Positions 1-9,545 of a stretch of DNA of 32,000 nucleotides are shown here, one piece after another. This DNA comes from an uncultured Holosporaceae bacterium (GTDB lineage Bacteria > Pseudomonadota > Alphaproteobacteria > RUG11792): assembly GCA_946408175.1 (NCBI GenBank), contig CAMJRB010000001.1:4867-36866 (forward strand), written 5' to 3'. The notes beneath the pieces were generated by a model. That model was not told where the DNA came from. It did not search any database and saw only the letters and a list, made by a program, of their open reading frames with translations. Positions within the stretch are counted from its first letter, which is position 1, and the number at the start of each line of letters is the position of its first letter. The translations under genes were made by a program, and so were the position numbers.

Positions 1-916
1 TTCCACAAGAATTACATACAAATTGCTTTTTATTACTCATAATAAAACTCACCATTGTATTCTATCAGTTTTTGATATTACTATCTTGAATTATTACTAC
101 ACTAATTTACTATCCATATATTTGCTTATATTATACTACATTATACACATAGTATACTATATAATATTTATTACTGCATTATTACTTAATGATATATTGC
201 CTACCAAGATATTCTTGTGAAACATAATGTTTTTTATTTCCTATTGCACTATTCATTAGTATAATAACATTTAAGTAATTATTCAATATAATATTATGGT
301 TCATATTTCTAATCATTGATATATTCTTCCTTATATATTTATTGTATCTCACTGTCTCTAGAAAATAGTAAAATTAAATAAGCCCATAACTATGCCTTCT
401 AAATCATATTAGTAAATGAATTAACACAACACACATATTAAGTATTTATTAAGAATATAAAAAATTCAATTTATTCTCAGTTCTTAAATAGTTTTTACTT
501 GTACTGGCATAATAATCAATTTATCATATCTTAACAGTTTATAAACTGACACTAATCAAATTAAATATATTTACAGATTGCCATATTCTTAACAATAAGA
601 TAATAGTATTTATATTGTTGTAATATATAATCATTATTTATATTAACACTTAGTAATAGAACACTTATTTTATACTCATAATAAATAAAAGTATTTGATA
701 TATTCAATTTTAACCAAGATGCTAAATACTGTACTACTTATATATAATACAAATTCTTAACAATTCATAATAATACTTGTTCATAATATACTAACAATAT
801 AATTCATTGATACTACAGTAACCGCAATACTTGTTTGTATTATTTAATACTTTGTGTTATATATCATCTATACTATACTTTTGCATTACTTCTGTGATAC
901 ACTATATATCCTATTT

Positions 917-1420
917 TTAATTATTAATATTAGTAAAACTCTTCAGCATGTCAATTGATTTCTGTAAATTTATTATTTGAAAACTTTTAGCATCTTCAAC
1001 TGTATTTATTTTATCTATTACTTTCTGAACTATTAAGTTTGTCAATCTCTGTCTTATTCTAGAGTTTATATCATCTTCTAATTTTTTATAATTATAAGTA
1101 TTTATTTCTCTCTTTTCTTTTATAATATTTTGAATTTCTTCATTTCTTCTATTAATTATTTGTTCAGCAGTATTTTGAGCTTCAGCAACTGCCTTTTCCA
1201 TATCTTTATCTTCATTTTTTATTTCCATATTAAGTTCTTCAATTTGTTGGAAAAGAGATTGTTTTTTAGTATGTAATTGATTTATTTCCGCTTTTATTTT
1301 ATTAACTCCACTTGATATAGCATTATCAATAGTCCTATAAGCCATTTTATATAATAAATAAACCATTATCAAAAAACTAATAATTAAATAAGTATGTACA
1401 TCTTGGAATATATTAATCAT
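917..1420 (-). CDS. atpF: F0F1 ATP synthase subunit b (second of two b-type subunits)
   Basis: 167 aa with one N-terminal TM helix (YLIISFLIMVYLLY) followed by a long charged coiled-coil. It is the last gene of the a-c-b'-b order typical of alphaproteobacteria and overlaps the upstream b' gene by 4 nt (1417-1420). Confidence 0.8.
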   Translation of the reverse strand: MINIFQDVHTYLIISFLIMVYLLYKMAYRTIDNAISSGVNKIKAEINQLHTKKQSLFQQIEELNMEIKNEDKDMEKAVAEAQNTAEQIINRRNEEIQNIIKEKREINTYNYKKLEDDINSRIRQRLTNLIVQKVIDKINTVEDAKSFQIINLQKSIDMLKSFTNINN

Positions 1421-1875
1421 TTGTCAATCTCATCTTTCTTCTGATGAAACATTTTAGTAAATAACTCCTGAGCAACATTTTCTATTTGTTCATTTAATGT
1501 TTTATCTAGATTTTTTATTACAGTATCGGCTTCCTTTCTTGATTGTTTAATAGCTATTTCATTCTCGGTTTGCAATTCTCTATTTGTTTGATCTAATAAT
1601 ACATCACACTGTTTTTGAGCTTTTTCTATTATTTTATTTGTTTCTATTATCTTTTTCTTTTGTAATTCATCCAATTTACTTGAAAGTTCATCTACTTGTT
1701 TTTCTAAATCCTTTATATTTTTTTCTAAAGAGTTTATATAAACTTCTCTATTTTTTAATAATTTATTCATTCTAGGAATAAATATTTTTTTAAAAGCAAT
1801 TACTAAAACCAACAAACAAACTACAAGCCAAAAAACTTGTGATATATAAAACCTAATATCAAGTTGCGGAACCAT
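1417..1875 (-). CDS. atpF2: F0F1 ATP synthase subunit b'
   Basis: 152 aa with an N-terminal TM helix (VFWLVVCLLVLVIAF) and a K/E-rich helical stalk. It lies directly downstream of the c subunit gene. Confidence 0.8.
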   Translation of the reverse strand: MVPQLDIRFYISQVFWLVVCLLVLVIAFKKIFIPRMNKLLKNREVYINSLEKNIKDLEKQVDELSSKLDELQKKKIIETNKIIEKAQKQCDVLLDQTNRELQTENEIAIKQSRKEADTVIKNLDKTLNEQIENVAQELFTKMFHQKKDEIDK

Positions 1876-1903
1876 ATTAATTATTCCTAAATATTAAAAT
1901 ATA

Positions 1904-2131
1904 TTATACTGCAAATAATATAATCATAGCTACAACGAAAGCCAACAGTGCTATAGATTCTAATAGAGCAAAAGACAATATACTATTAGATTTTAATTCA
2001 CTAGCAGCTGATGGATTTCTAGCTATTGATTCTGTTAAAGTAGCAAATAATTTACCCAGTCCCAAACCTACTCCGAACAACGGTAATACAGCTATTCCAG
2101 CTCCTATTAATTTTGCTGCTTCTACATCCAT
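1904..2131 (-). CDS. atpE: F0F1 ATP synthase subunit c
   Basis: 75 aa forming a two-helix hairpin. It has the glycine-rich helix 1 (GAGIAVLPLFGVGLGLG), the polar loop ARNP, and the conserved carboxylate in helix 2 (ALLESIALL). Confidence 0.95.
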   Translation of the reverse strand: MDVEAAKLIGAGIAVLPLFGVGLGLGKLFATLTESIARNPSAASELKSNSILSFALLESIALLAFVVAMIILFAV

Positions 2132-2134
2132 GAT

Positions 2135-2896
2135 TTAATTTCTCCTTTCTTTCTTTTCAATAGTTAATGATTCTGATAAATATATACATGATAGTACTGA
2201 AAATACATATGCTTGTAATACACACACTACTAATTTGAAAACATTCAATAATACATTGACTGCTACTGGAATAATGGCTAATCCTCCTTTAAGAAAGGAT
2301 AACCCAGCAAGTGACACTGCAAAGCTTGCAATAATTTTAATCATTATGTGACCTGATACCATATTAGCGAACAATCTTATACCCAGACTAATCGGTCTAA
2401 AAGCAAAAGACATCAGTTCTATTATTACAAAGAATGGAGCTATATAAACTGGTATTCCATCAGGACAAAAATGTTTTAAATAGTGCAATCCTTGATTATA
2501 AAAACCAACTATTATTGACGCTACAAATACTAAACAAGCCATGCATAACGTAACAATCAGCTGACTTGTAAATGAAAAAGCATAGGGGAACAATCCCACC
2601 ATGTTACCTATCGTTATAAATAAGAATAACGAAAGTATATATGGAAATAACTGTGATCCTTTTTCACTTACATTACTATCAATAATTCCATTTATAAAAT
2701 TAAACAATGCTTCCAAGCAATACCTAAATTTATTTGGTATTATTCCCTTATCTGATGTGCCTACAAAGAATAAAGCACATATTACTAATACTACTACTAT
2801 CATATATAAAGATGAATTAGTAATAGATATATCTATACCAAATAATTCTAAAGGTATTAGCGTCTTTACTTCAAACGACGCCATTGGATCAATCAT
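2135..2896 (-). CDS. atpB: F0F1 ATP synthase subunit a
   Basis: 253 aa polytopic membrane protein with the conserved subunit-a region FRPISLGIRLFANMVSGH, which includes the essential Arg. It sits 3 nt upstream of atpE. The true start could be the internal Met at 2884. Confidence 0.93.
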   Translation of the reverse strand: MIDPMASFEVKTLIPLELFGIDISITNSSLYMIVVVLVICALFFVGTSDKGIIPNKFRYCLEALFNFINGIIDSNVSEKGSQLFPYILSLFLFITIGNMVGLFPYAFSFTSQLIVTLCMACLVFVASIIVGFYNQGLHYLKHFCPDGIPVYIAPFFVIIELMSFAFRPISLGIRLFANMVSGHIMIKIIASFAVSLAGLSFLKGGLAIIPVAVNVLLNVFKLVVCVLQAYVFSVLSCIYLSESLTIEKKERRN

Positions 2897-3179
2897 TGTT
2901 CAATCCATATATTATTATAACTAATATACTTAATTACAGTATATCATAAAATTAAGACACATGCAGTAATCTTATTATCAATAATATAAAATATAATATA
3001 TAAGTGTTGTATACATTCAAATATGAACACAATATAAATATATATTGTATAATATTTTAAATGTACATTTATTTGATATTTTTCACAGTAAGCTAAAACA
3101 CTAATTAAATATTATTTATTATTACTAATATAAATTATTGTTATAGTCTTTATTATAAATTTAATATTGTACTAATATC

Positions 3180-4688
3180 TTATACATCTTTATTTAAATA
3201 TTTTATTACTACTTCATTATCACTAAAATATCTTGTTTTATTATTATATACTTGTTCTGTCTCATGACCTTTCCCTATTATAGCTACTATATCTTCTGTG
3301 TTCATTAAAGAAATAGCTGTATTTATTGCTTCATCTCTATCAGGTATTTCAATAGCATTTGGACAAGTACTTTTTATTTCTTGCCTAATTAGTGCTGGAT
3401 CTTCATTTCTAGGATTATCATCAGTTATTATTGAAATATCAACTAGTTCATTTGCTATACTACCAAATTCTTTTCGTTTAGTGGCATCTCTATTTCCACC
3501 ACATCCGAACACACATATTAACTTTCCTTTACAATATTTTTTCAAAGTAAGTAAAGCTGTTCTGAACCCTTCTGAAGTATGAGCATAATCAATAAATATA
3601 TTAGGATGTAATATTGTTTTATTTATAATATTATTATGTATTATTTCATCATTGTTCGTTGTTTTCGATTCTATAATATTGTGTGTAATATATTTATTAT
3701 TTATTGGATTATTTTCTAATGTATTATTGTGTATCCTTTCCATACGTCCTTGTAATGCAGTTAATTTATCTAAAACTTTTACTATTTTTTCTATGTCAAT
3801 ACCAATAACATACAATAAAGATATAGCACATAAAACATTTAATAATTGAAATTCTCCAGTTAAATGTAACTCTAAATTTCTAAATATTTTATTATCAATA
3901 AATAAATCAAATTTAATTGCATCTATATTAGAATTTATATTACTAGCATATATATTATTGTTCTTATTAAATCCATAAGTAATTATGTTACTATGTATAT
4001 TTTTTACTTTATTGTATAAATATTCATCATCTCCAAATACAACTGCAGTTTTATCTTGTTTTAATATATCGCTAAATAAAAGTAATTTAGAATTTAAATA
4101 ATCTTCATAAGATTTATGGTAATCCAGATGGTCTGACGCTAAATTAGTAAATGCTGCTGTGGTTAAATTGACAGAATGTAATCTTTTTTGGTCCAAAGCA
4201 GCACTTGAAGCTTCAAACACTAGATTATTAATATTATTTTCAGACAAATAATTTAATATTTTATGTAAATTACTAGGATCTGGAGTAGTTAAATTAGGAA
4301 TAGTAATATTTTCTGGAGTAGTTTTTATTCCATTTATAAATAGCCCTAAAGTACCTAAATTAGCTGATTTTATATTACACAATAATAGCATTTGACTTAA
4401 AAAATGAGCCACTGAACTTTTACCATTAGTGCCGGTAATGGCTATATTTATTTTAGGTTGCTTAGGATAATAAAAACTAGCCAGTTTAGAAGCTAATAAT
4501 CTAGTATCATTTACTAATACAATTTTATTATTATTTATCCAACTATAATATTCCTGAGTAAAAATTAGTTTAGCCCCTTTTATAAGAGCTTCTGATATAT
4601 GTTGAATAATATCATTGCATGGTATAGCAACAAATATGTCGCCTTGTTTAACAATCCTAGAATCGGTACAGAATGCGCTTAATTTCAC
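3180..4688 (-). CDS. murE: UDP-N-acetylmuramoyl-L-alanyl-D-glutamate--2,6-diaminopimelate ligase
   Basis: 502 aa with Mur ligase motifs: P-loop ITGTNGKSS, TNLxxDHLDYH, GRMERI, DYAHT, and the DNPR motif (TDDNPRNEDP) typical of mDAP-adding MurE enzymes. It carries an N/I-rich insertion, described in the findings. Confidence 0.9.
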   Translation of the reverse strand: MKLSAFCTDSRIVKQGDIFVAIPCNDIIQHISEALIKGAKLIFTQEYYSWINNNKIVLVNDTRLLASKLASFYYPKQPKINIAITGTNGKSSVAHFLSQMLLLCNIKSANLGTLGLFINGIKTTPENITIPNLTTPDPSNLHKILNYLSENNINNLVFEASSAALDQKRLHSVNLTTAAFTNLASDHLDYHKSYEDYLNSKLLLFSDILKQDKTAVVFGDDEYLYNKVKNIHSNIITYGFNKNNNIYASNINSNIDAIKFDLFIDNKIFRNLELHLTGEFQLLNVLCAISLLYVIGIDIEKIVKVLDKLTALQGRMERIHNNTLENNPINNKYITHNIIESKTTNNDEIIHNNIINKTILHPNIFIDYAHTSEGFRTALLTLKKYCKGKLICVFGCGGNRDATKRKEFGSIANELVDISIITDDNPRNEDPALIRQEIKSTCPNAIEIPDRDEAINTAISLMNTEDIVAIIGKGHETEQVYNNKTRYFSDNEVVIKYLNKDV

Positions 4689-5046
4689 TTTAATAATATA
4701 TTAATTATTTAAATATAATTCATATTATATACCAAAATAGCTATATAGTCACCTAGCATGGAATTAAACAAGTTGCTAAACAATAATCATACTATTTATA
4801 AATATAGCGTCTATCAAGAACAAGTAAAGAATATATAATTGTATTTCATACATAATATCAAAACAAGTAAATCATTAATTCGTTATATGCCAAACTGAGA
4901 TAATTAAAATTATACCAACCTATTATAATAATTATTTCAATAGTCAGTAAAATTGCAATTTACATTGTTTTTTTTATTATGATTAATGATTTTTTAATAT
5001 AATAGATATATTATCATATATGGATAATATATAGTTGAGGCTTCAT

Positions 5047-6297
5047 ATGGTAAAAAATTCCATAAAGTTTATTACTCCTTTCTTATTACTATGTAACTTT
5101 AGTATAGGATATAGTTCTGATTTAAAATTCGATAAGATTCTTTCAGATCGTGAGATTCATGATAACAATCCAGTCGAACTAATTAATGCTTTATTACCAC
5201 AATTAAAAACTGCAGAATACACAATGCAAAATATCATAAATACTATATTTAATGTTCAGAGTATGTATCAGATAATAAACAGTGATAATATTAATTTCTT
5301 ACGTAACATTAATACAACTTTAGATAATGATTGTCTAAAGGAATATTTTATTTCTCATGGAGGTTTAAACTCTACAACATTTAATAATATTATGAATAAT
5401 GCGAGAAATTTTCAATATAACAAATTGAAAAATCCATCATTGAATGAGCAAAAGTTTTATTTATCATATAAACCAATGCTTAATGTATTATGTAATAAGA
5501 CGATAAATGATATTATATATACATTGAAATTACATTATGCCTTTTTTTTAGAAGCTTACACAGGAGATAATATTAGTCAATTAAAATTAGAAATTTTGAA
5601 AAAAATAAATAATTATCTAAATTCTTACTACAAGCCAGATTGTGCATTTTCCAACGGAATTCCAGATAAATATGCTATCAAAGAAGAAATATTAGACAAA
5701 TACAAGGCTGATTTACTTAAAATATTCTTTAATATTGCAAAAAAAATACCTTTACATGAAATGTTGAATGTAGAGGAAAATTTCTTTGATAATTGTTATA
5801 CAAAAATAACCAAAACACAAGGTGACGAACAACTAGAAAACATATATCAGTTTTGTGAAATGATTATTTCATCGCAACATCAAATATTCCATTACTGTAA
5901 TGATAATAAGATATTGCAAAAGATAATTAACATTTTGAATTTATCTGTTGTACAAAAATATTTTTCTAACAATTATTTTTTCTTTGCACAAAATAAAAAA
6001 TTTATAGAAAAAATCCACAGAGAACGCAATGAATCAGTTAATAAGAATGATTTTAAGACATATCAAGTATTCATTAGTACGAAAGCAAAACAGTGGGTGG
6101 ATACATGCTATAAATATCTGGAAGATTTGAAAAAATTACATAATAGCCCACGTTTTATAAAGGCCCCTAGTACAATGCTTAAATATCAAATAATAGAAAA
6201 GACACTGAGCAAATATTTGTCTATGTTACAAAAAAACTGCGCTGATGTTGATTCTACTGCATTACAAGTACAGTTTAACAAAATTTGTGAGGAGTAA
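5047..6297 (+). CDS. Hypothetical secreted protein, orphan and Cys-containing
   Basis: The long ORF begins at TTG 5035, but ATG 5047 is preceded by GAGG six nt upstream. The N-terminus MVKNSIKFITPFLLLCNFSIGYS looks like a Sec signal peptide. I recognise no family motif. The protein is N/K/I-rich and predicted to be mostly helical. Confidence 0.6.
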   Translation: MVKNSIKFITPFLLLCNFSIGYSSDLKFDKILSDREIHDNNPVELINALLPQLKTAEYTMQNIINTIFNVQSMYQIINSDNINFLRNINTTLDNDCLKEYFISHGGLNSTTFNNIMNNARNFQYNKLKNPSLNEQKFYLSYKPMLNVLCNKTINDIIYTLKLHYAFFLEAYTGDNISQLKLEILKKINNYLNSYYKPDCAFSNGIPDKYAIKEEILDKYKADLLKIFFNIAKKIPLHEMLNVEENFFDNCYTKITKTQGDEQLENIYQFCEMIISSQHQIFHYCNDNKILQKIINILNLSVVQKYFSNNYFFFAQNKKFIEKIHRERNESVNKNDFKTYQVFISTKAKQWVDTCYKYLEDLKKLHNSPRFIKAPSTMLKYQIIEKTLSKYLSMLQKNCADVDSTALQVQFNKICEE

Positions 6298-6353
6298 AAA
6301 CAATAATAATTCTTTATATATAATATTCGAGTAATCAAGCAAGTACTTCTTAA

Positions 6354-6400
6354 TTACAATTGGCATATGACTATTCTATGCCAATGCTTTTCAATTGTAA
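6354..6400 (+). terminator. Candidate hairpin terminator in a convergent intergenic region
   Basis: Nested inverted repeats: TTGGCATA (6360-6367) pairs with TATGCCAA (6377-6384), and an outer TTACAA (6354-6359) pairs with TTGTAA (6395-6400). AT-rich sequence containing TTTTT follows. The site is ~60 nt downstream of the 5047-6297 stop codon. Confidence 0.3.
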
Positions 6401-6647
6401 ATAAATATTTAAATTTTTATATAATAAATAGAAATATATTGTCAATATTTCTCAAATTGTTCAATTAAATTGTATTATATCATTCATAATAAAAAAAATA
6501 TAAAGTTAGATGTATATAAAACTAAAAAAGTTATAAATAGAAAATAAACAATATATACAGAAAAAATACTTTAGTAACATAAATTATATTAGAATAGATA
6601 ATATCTAAGATATTAGGTATCTTATTATGTAATAATTCTATTTATAT

Positions 6648-7316
6648 TTACGATTTATCAAATTTCTGTAGATTCTTTCCTATACCACCGAATGTTTCTT
6701 TAATAACACCTTTGGTTTTTCCTCCTGATTTAGAAGTTTCATGGATCATATGCACTGGATTTTCACTATTACTTAATTTTACTGACTTTACTATATGGTT
6801 TTTATCAAACGTAACTATCCATAGTTGTCTATCATGTATTGTTGGTTTAAAAAATCCTAATTTAGTCATATTCTTTGATGAATAGTACCAACAGTAGTCA
6901 CCATTTTGATGAATTACTGATGACCTTACTGTGGGAGAACCGAATGTATTAAAAACATCTTCTATTGTATCTTTACCTGGCTTTATTTGATTAAAATCAA
7001 CAGTAGATACATCGTATCCCCTATTTATTACACTTTCATTACAACCTGATAAACAACATGTAATAATAAGCAATACGATGTAACTATACTTCCTGTGTAA
7101 TAATCCCCTTTCGTAATCTATTCTTACCAATGAATTAGTACTACTTAGTCTTGTTTTTACATTCTGTTGATTCTTGTCCGTACAATTAACACTCTGAGTA
7201 TTTAATATTATATGTGTTCTTATTGTTTTTGCTCTGTATATTCTACTCAATATTTCTTTTGATTTGTTCATAAAATTAATTATATTCAATGTTAATATAT
7301 TTAATTGCTTACTCAT
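6648..7316 (-). CDS. bamE: Outer membrane protein assembly factor BamE (SmpA/OmlA-family lipoprotein)
   Basis: Lipobox LSGC follows a hydrophobic stretch (YIVLLIITCCLSGC). Next comes the BamE-like core RGY...IKPGKDTIEDVFNTFGSPT...WYY...VTFDKNHIVKSV. The ORF as drawn has a ~62-aa N-terminal extension. An in-frame TTG at 7130 would give a normal-length signal peptide. Confidence 0.75.
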   Translation of the reverse strand: MSKQLNILTLNIINFMNKSKEILSRIYRAKTIRTHIILNTQSVNCTDKNQQNVKTRLSSTNSLVRIDYERGLLHRKYSYIVLLIITCCLSGCNESVINRGYDVSTVDFNQIKPGKDTIEDVFNTFGSPTVRSSVIHQNGDYCWYYSSKNMTKLGFFKPTIHDRQLWIVTFDKNHIVKSVKLSNSENPVHMIHETSKSGGKTKGVIKETFGGIGKNLQKFDKS

Positions 7317-7323
7317 ATCTATG

Positions 7324-7722
7324 CTATTTTTCTACTGTAGTACTAATATCATTATTAAAATTACTACGATCAACAAATTCTATAATAGCCATAGGAGCAG
7401 CATCTCCATATCTAAAGCCAGCTTTTAATATACGTGTATAACCACCATTTCTATTAATAAATCTAGGCGCTATTTCTTTGCACAACTTTTTAGATATTGC
7501 TTTATTATTATGCAATCTGGATAATAATAATCTCCTAGCATGCAAAGTATCAGCTCTAGCTAAAGTTATTAACTTCTCAATTATTGGCCTTAGTTCTTTG
7601 GCTTTAGGTAAAGTTGTTTTAATTCTTTCATGTTCAACAAGTGAACAAGCCATTGATCTGAACATAGATTTCCTATGTTCAACAGTTCTATTTAATCTTC
7701 TCTTAGAAAAACCGTGTCTCAT
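7324..7722 (-). CDS. rplQ: 50S ribosomal protein L17
   Basis: 132 aa. [24 protein letters not shown] is a canonical L17 N-terminus, and the gene lies downstream of rpoA. Confidence 0.97.
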   Translation of the reverse strand: MRHGFSKRRLNRTVEHRKSMFRSMACSLVEHERIKTTLPKAKELRPIIEKLITLARADTLHARRLLLSRLHNNKAISKKLCKEIAPRFINRNGGYTRILKAGFRYGDAAPMAIIEFVDRSNFNNDISTTVEK

Positions 7723-7728
7723 AATTTT

Positions 7729-8739
7729 TTAAGCTCCTTTTCTTGATGATAATTCTTCTACTGATTCTATACTCCAATCATTAACATCCATTCCAAATGA
7801 CAATCCCATTGTATTCAATACAGTTCTGATTTCATCTAAAGACTTTTTACCGAAATTAGGTGTTTTCAGCATATCAGATTCTGTCTTTTGTACTAACTCT
7901 CCAATATATCTTAATCCTTCACTTTTTAGACAGTTAGCAGATCTCACTGATAATTCTAAATCATCTATTTTCATGTTAAGGTATTTATTGATAATTGAAA
8001 CTGGATCGGAATTATCGTAACCAAAAGCAGAATTACTACTTTTACTATCTTGCCTTATAAATAAACTTGCATGTTCTCTTAATATTAATGCAGCTTGTGA
8101 TAATGCCTCTTCAGGTAAAAGAGATCCATCAGTTCTTATAGTTAATAACAACTTATCGTAATCTGTTTTTTGTCCAACACGTGTTGGTTCTACCCTAAAA
8201 TTAACTAATGGTATTGGACTATATAAAGCATCAATTGATATTACTCCAATCGGTCTATTACTTTCCAATTGAGTAAGAGCTTGTACATATCCCTTTCCTT
8301 GTTCTATTGTTAACTCAGCATTTAATGAATTTCCAGCATCAACTGTACATATTGTATGCTCAGGATCTAATATCTCAACGTCAGATGACGCTTCAATGTT
8401 TCTAGCTTGCACAACAGCAGGACCCTTTACAACAATTCGAGCTTTCCTTGGCTGTTCAGAATTTAATTTTACTCTACAAGCTTTCAGATTTAATATTATC
8501 TCTGAAACATCTTCTTTAATTCCCGAAATAGTTGTAAACTCATGCATTACTTCATTAATTTTTATTGAAGTTATAGCACTACCTTGAATTGACGATAATA
8601 ATATTCTACGTAATGCATTCCCTAAAGTAGTTCCAAACCCTCTCTCAAGAGGAGCAATTGAAAAAGTTGCCTCTCTCAATTTAGTATCAGAATACTGAGT
8701 ATCTATTACTTCAGGCATTATAAAATTCTTCCAAGTCAC
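7729..8739 (-). CDS. rpoA: DNA-directed RNA polymerase subunit alpha
   Basis: 336 aa. The N-terminal domain has [17 protein letters not shown] and the C-terminal domain has [12 protein letters not shown]...IGELV. Confidence 0.97.
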   Translation of the reverse strand: MTWKNFIMPEVIDTQYSDTKLREATFSIAPLERGFGTTLGNALRRILLSSIQGSAITSIKINEVMHEFTTISGIKEDVSEIILNLKACRVKLNSEQPRKARIVVKGPAVVQARNIEASSDVEILDPEHTICTVDAGNSLNAELTIEQGKGYVQALTQLESNRPIGVISIDALYSPIPLVNFRVEPTRVGQKTDYDKLLLTIRTDGSLLPEEALSQAALILREHASLFIRQDSKSSNSAFGYDNSDPVSIINKYLNMKIDDLELSVRSANCLKSEGLRYIGELVQKTESDMLKTPNFGKKSLDEIRTVLNTMGLSFGMDVNDWSIESVEELSSRKGA

Positions 8740-8754
8740 GTGATATTTTCCTCA

Positions 8755-9147
8755 TTAATTACGACGAGCTTTAGGTGGTCTACAACCATTATGTGGTAAT
8801 GGAGTCTCATCACTAATGGAGGTAACTACTAAGTCAAGTTTTTGTAGGGCTCTTATTGCTGTTTCTCGTCCTGCTCCTGGCCCTTTTACTATTACTTTTA
8901 CTTTTTTCACTCCATGCTCAACAGCTTTGGCAGCTGCATTCTCAGCGGCCAACTGCGCTGCATATGGCGTAGATTTTCTAGATCCTTTACACCCTACAAC
9001 TCCACCTGATCCAAAAGCTACAGTATTACCAGCTTCATCCGTAATTGTAACTATTGTATTATTAAATGTAGCATTGATATGCACAACAGCATTCACTACA
9101 TTCTTCTTATCTTTCTTTTTTACCTTTCCTGTAGATGTTTGTACCAT
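8755..9147 (-). CDS. rpsK: 30S ribosomal protein S11
   Basis: 130 aa with S11 signatures: [26 protein letters not shown], and [12 protein letters not shown] near the C-terminus. Confidence 0.97.
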   Translation of the reverse strand: MVQTSTGKVKKKDKKNVVNAVVHINATFNNTIVTITDEAGNTVAFGSGGVVGCKGSRKSTPYAAQLAAENAAAKAVEHGVKKVKVIVKGPGAGRETAIRALQKLDLVVTSISDETPLPHNGCRPPKARRN

Positions 9148-9161
9148 ATAATCTTTTCTCC

Positions 9162-9545
9162 TTACTTCTTAGCTGTAGCTATTTTTTTACCAGCAATAGG
9201 AATAGCCTTACCTTTTCTGGTTCTAGCATTAGTATGAGTTCTCTGACCTCTCACAGGTAATTTCTTACGGTGTCTTAAGCCTCTATAACATCCTAAATCA
9301 GTAACCCTTTTTATATTCATAGCTACTTCTCTTCTTAAATTACCTTCTACTACATACTTATTATCTATAACTTCTCTTATTGCTGTAATTTCTTCAGTTG
9401 TTAATTCAAATATTCTTTTATTCTCTGGTATTTTAGCTTCCTCGACAATACACTTTGCCAAGTAGCGTCCTATACCATAAATATAAGTTAACCCTATCTC
9501 TACCTTCTTATTAGAAGGAAGATCTATACCAGCTATACGTGCCAC
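9162..9545 (-). CDS. rpsM: 30S ribosomal protein S13
   Basis: 127 aa, [10 protein letters not shown]...[26 protein letters not shown]. It uses a GTG start that overlaps the adk stop codon by 1 nt. Confidence 0.97.
   Translation of the reverse strand: MARIAGIDLPSNKKVEIGLTYIYGIGRYLAKCIVEEAKIPENKRIFELTTEEITAIREVIDNKYVVEGNLRREVAMNIKRVTDLGCYRGLRHRKKLPVRGQRTHTNARTRKGKAIPIAGKKIATAKK

Noticed and set aside
100-125. DnaA-box-like sequence (TATCCATAT) in the long left-hand spacer, a possible origin of replication.
   Set aside because: It does not match the TTATCCACA consensus well. There is no cluster of boxes, and no dnaA, dnaN or hemE-type neighbouring genes are present.
23-220. 65-aa ORF at the left edge of the window.
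   Set aside because: The translation is almost pure I/Y/L/T low complexity from AT-rich DNA. It has no start context and no motif, so I treat it as noncoding.
4950-4961. Perfect 12-bp palindrome AAATTGCAATTT ~86 nt upstream of the orphan secreted-protein gene, a possible operator.
   Set aside because: At this base composition, 12-bp palindromes should occur many times per 32 kb by chance. No second copy or partner regulator gene was seen.
6606-6624. Hairpin TAAGATA-TTAGG-TATCTTA downstream of the bamE stop, a possible terminator.
   Set aside because: The 7-bp stem is mostly AT and has no adjacent T-run on the relevant strand, so it cannot be told apart from background AT-rich inverted repeats.
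8816-9151. 111-aa plus-strand ORF antisense to rpsK. Similar antisense ORFs occur at 2601-2924, 3298-3582, 7478-7732, 12100-12339, 15440-15709, 18073-18312, 18802-19251, 22374-22700, 23076-23351 and 27664-28008.
   Set aside because: All lie entirely within, and opposite to, strongly supported conserved genes. Their translations are low-complexity with no motifs. Long antisense ORFs are expected when the sense-strand codon bias depletes stop codons on the opposite strand.
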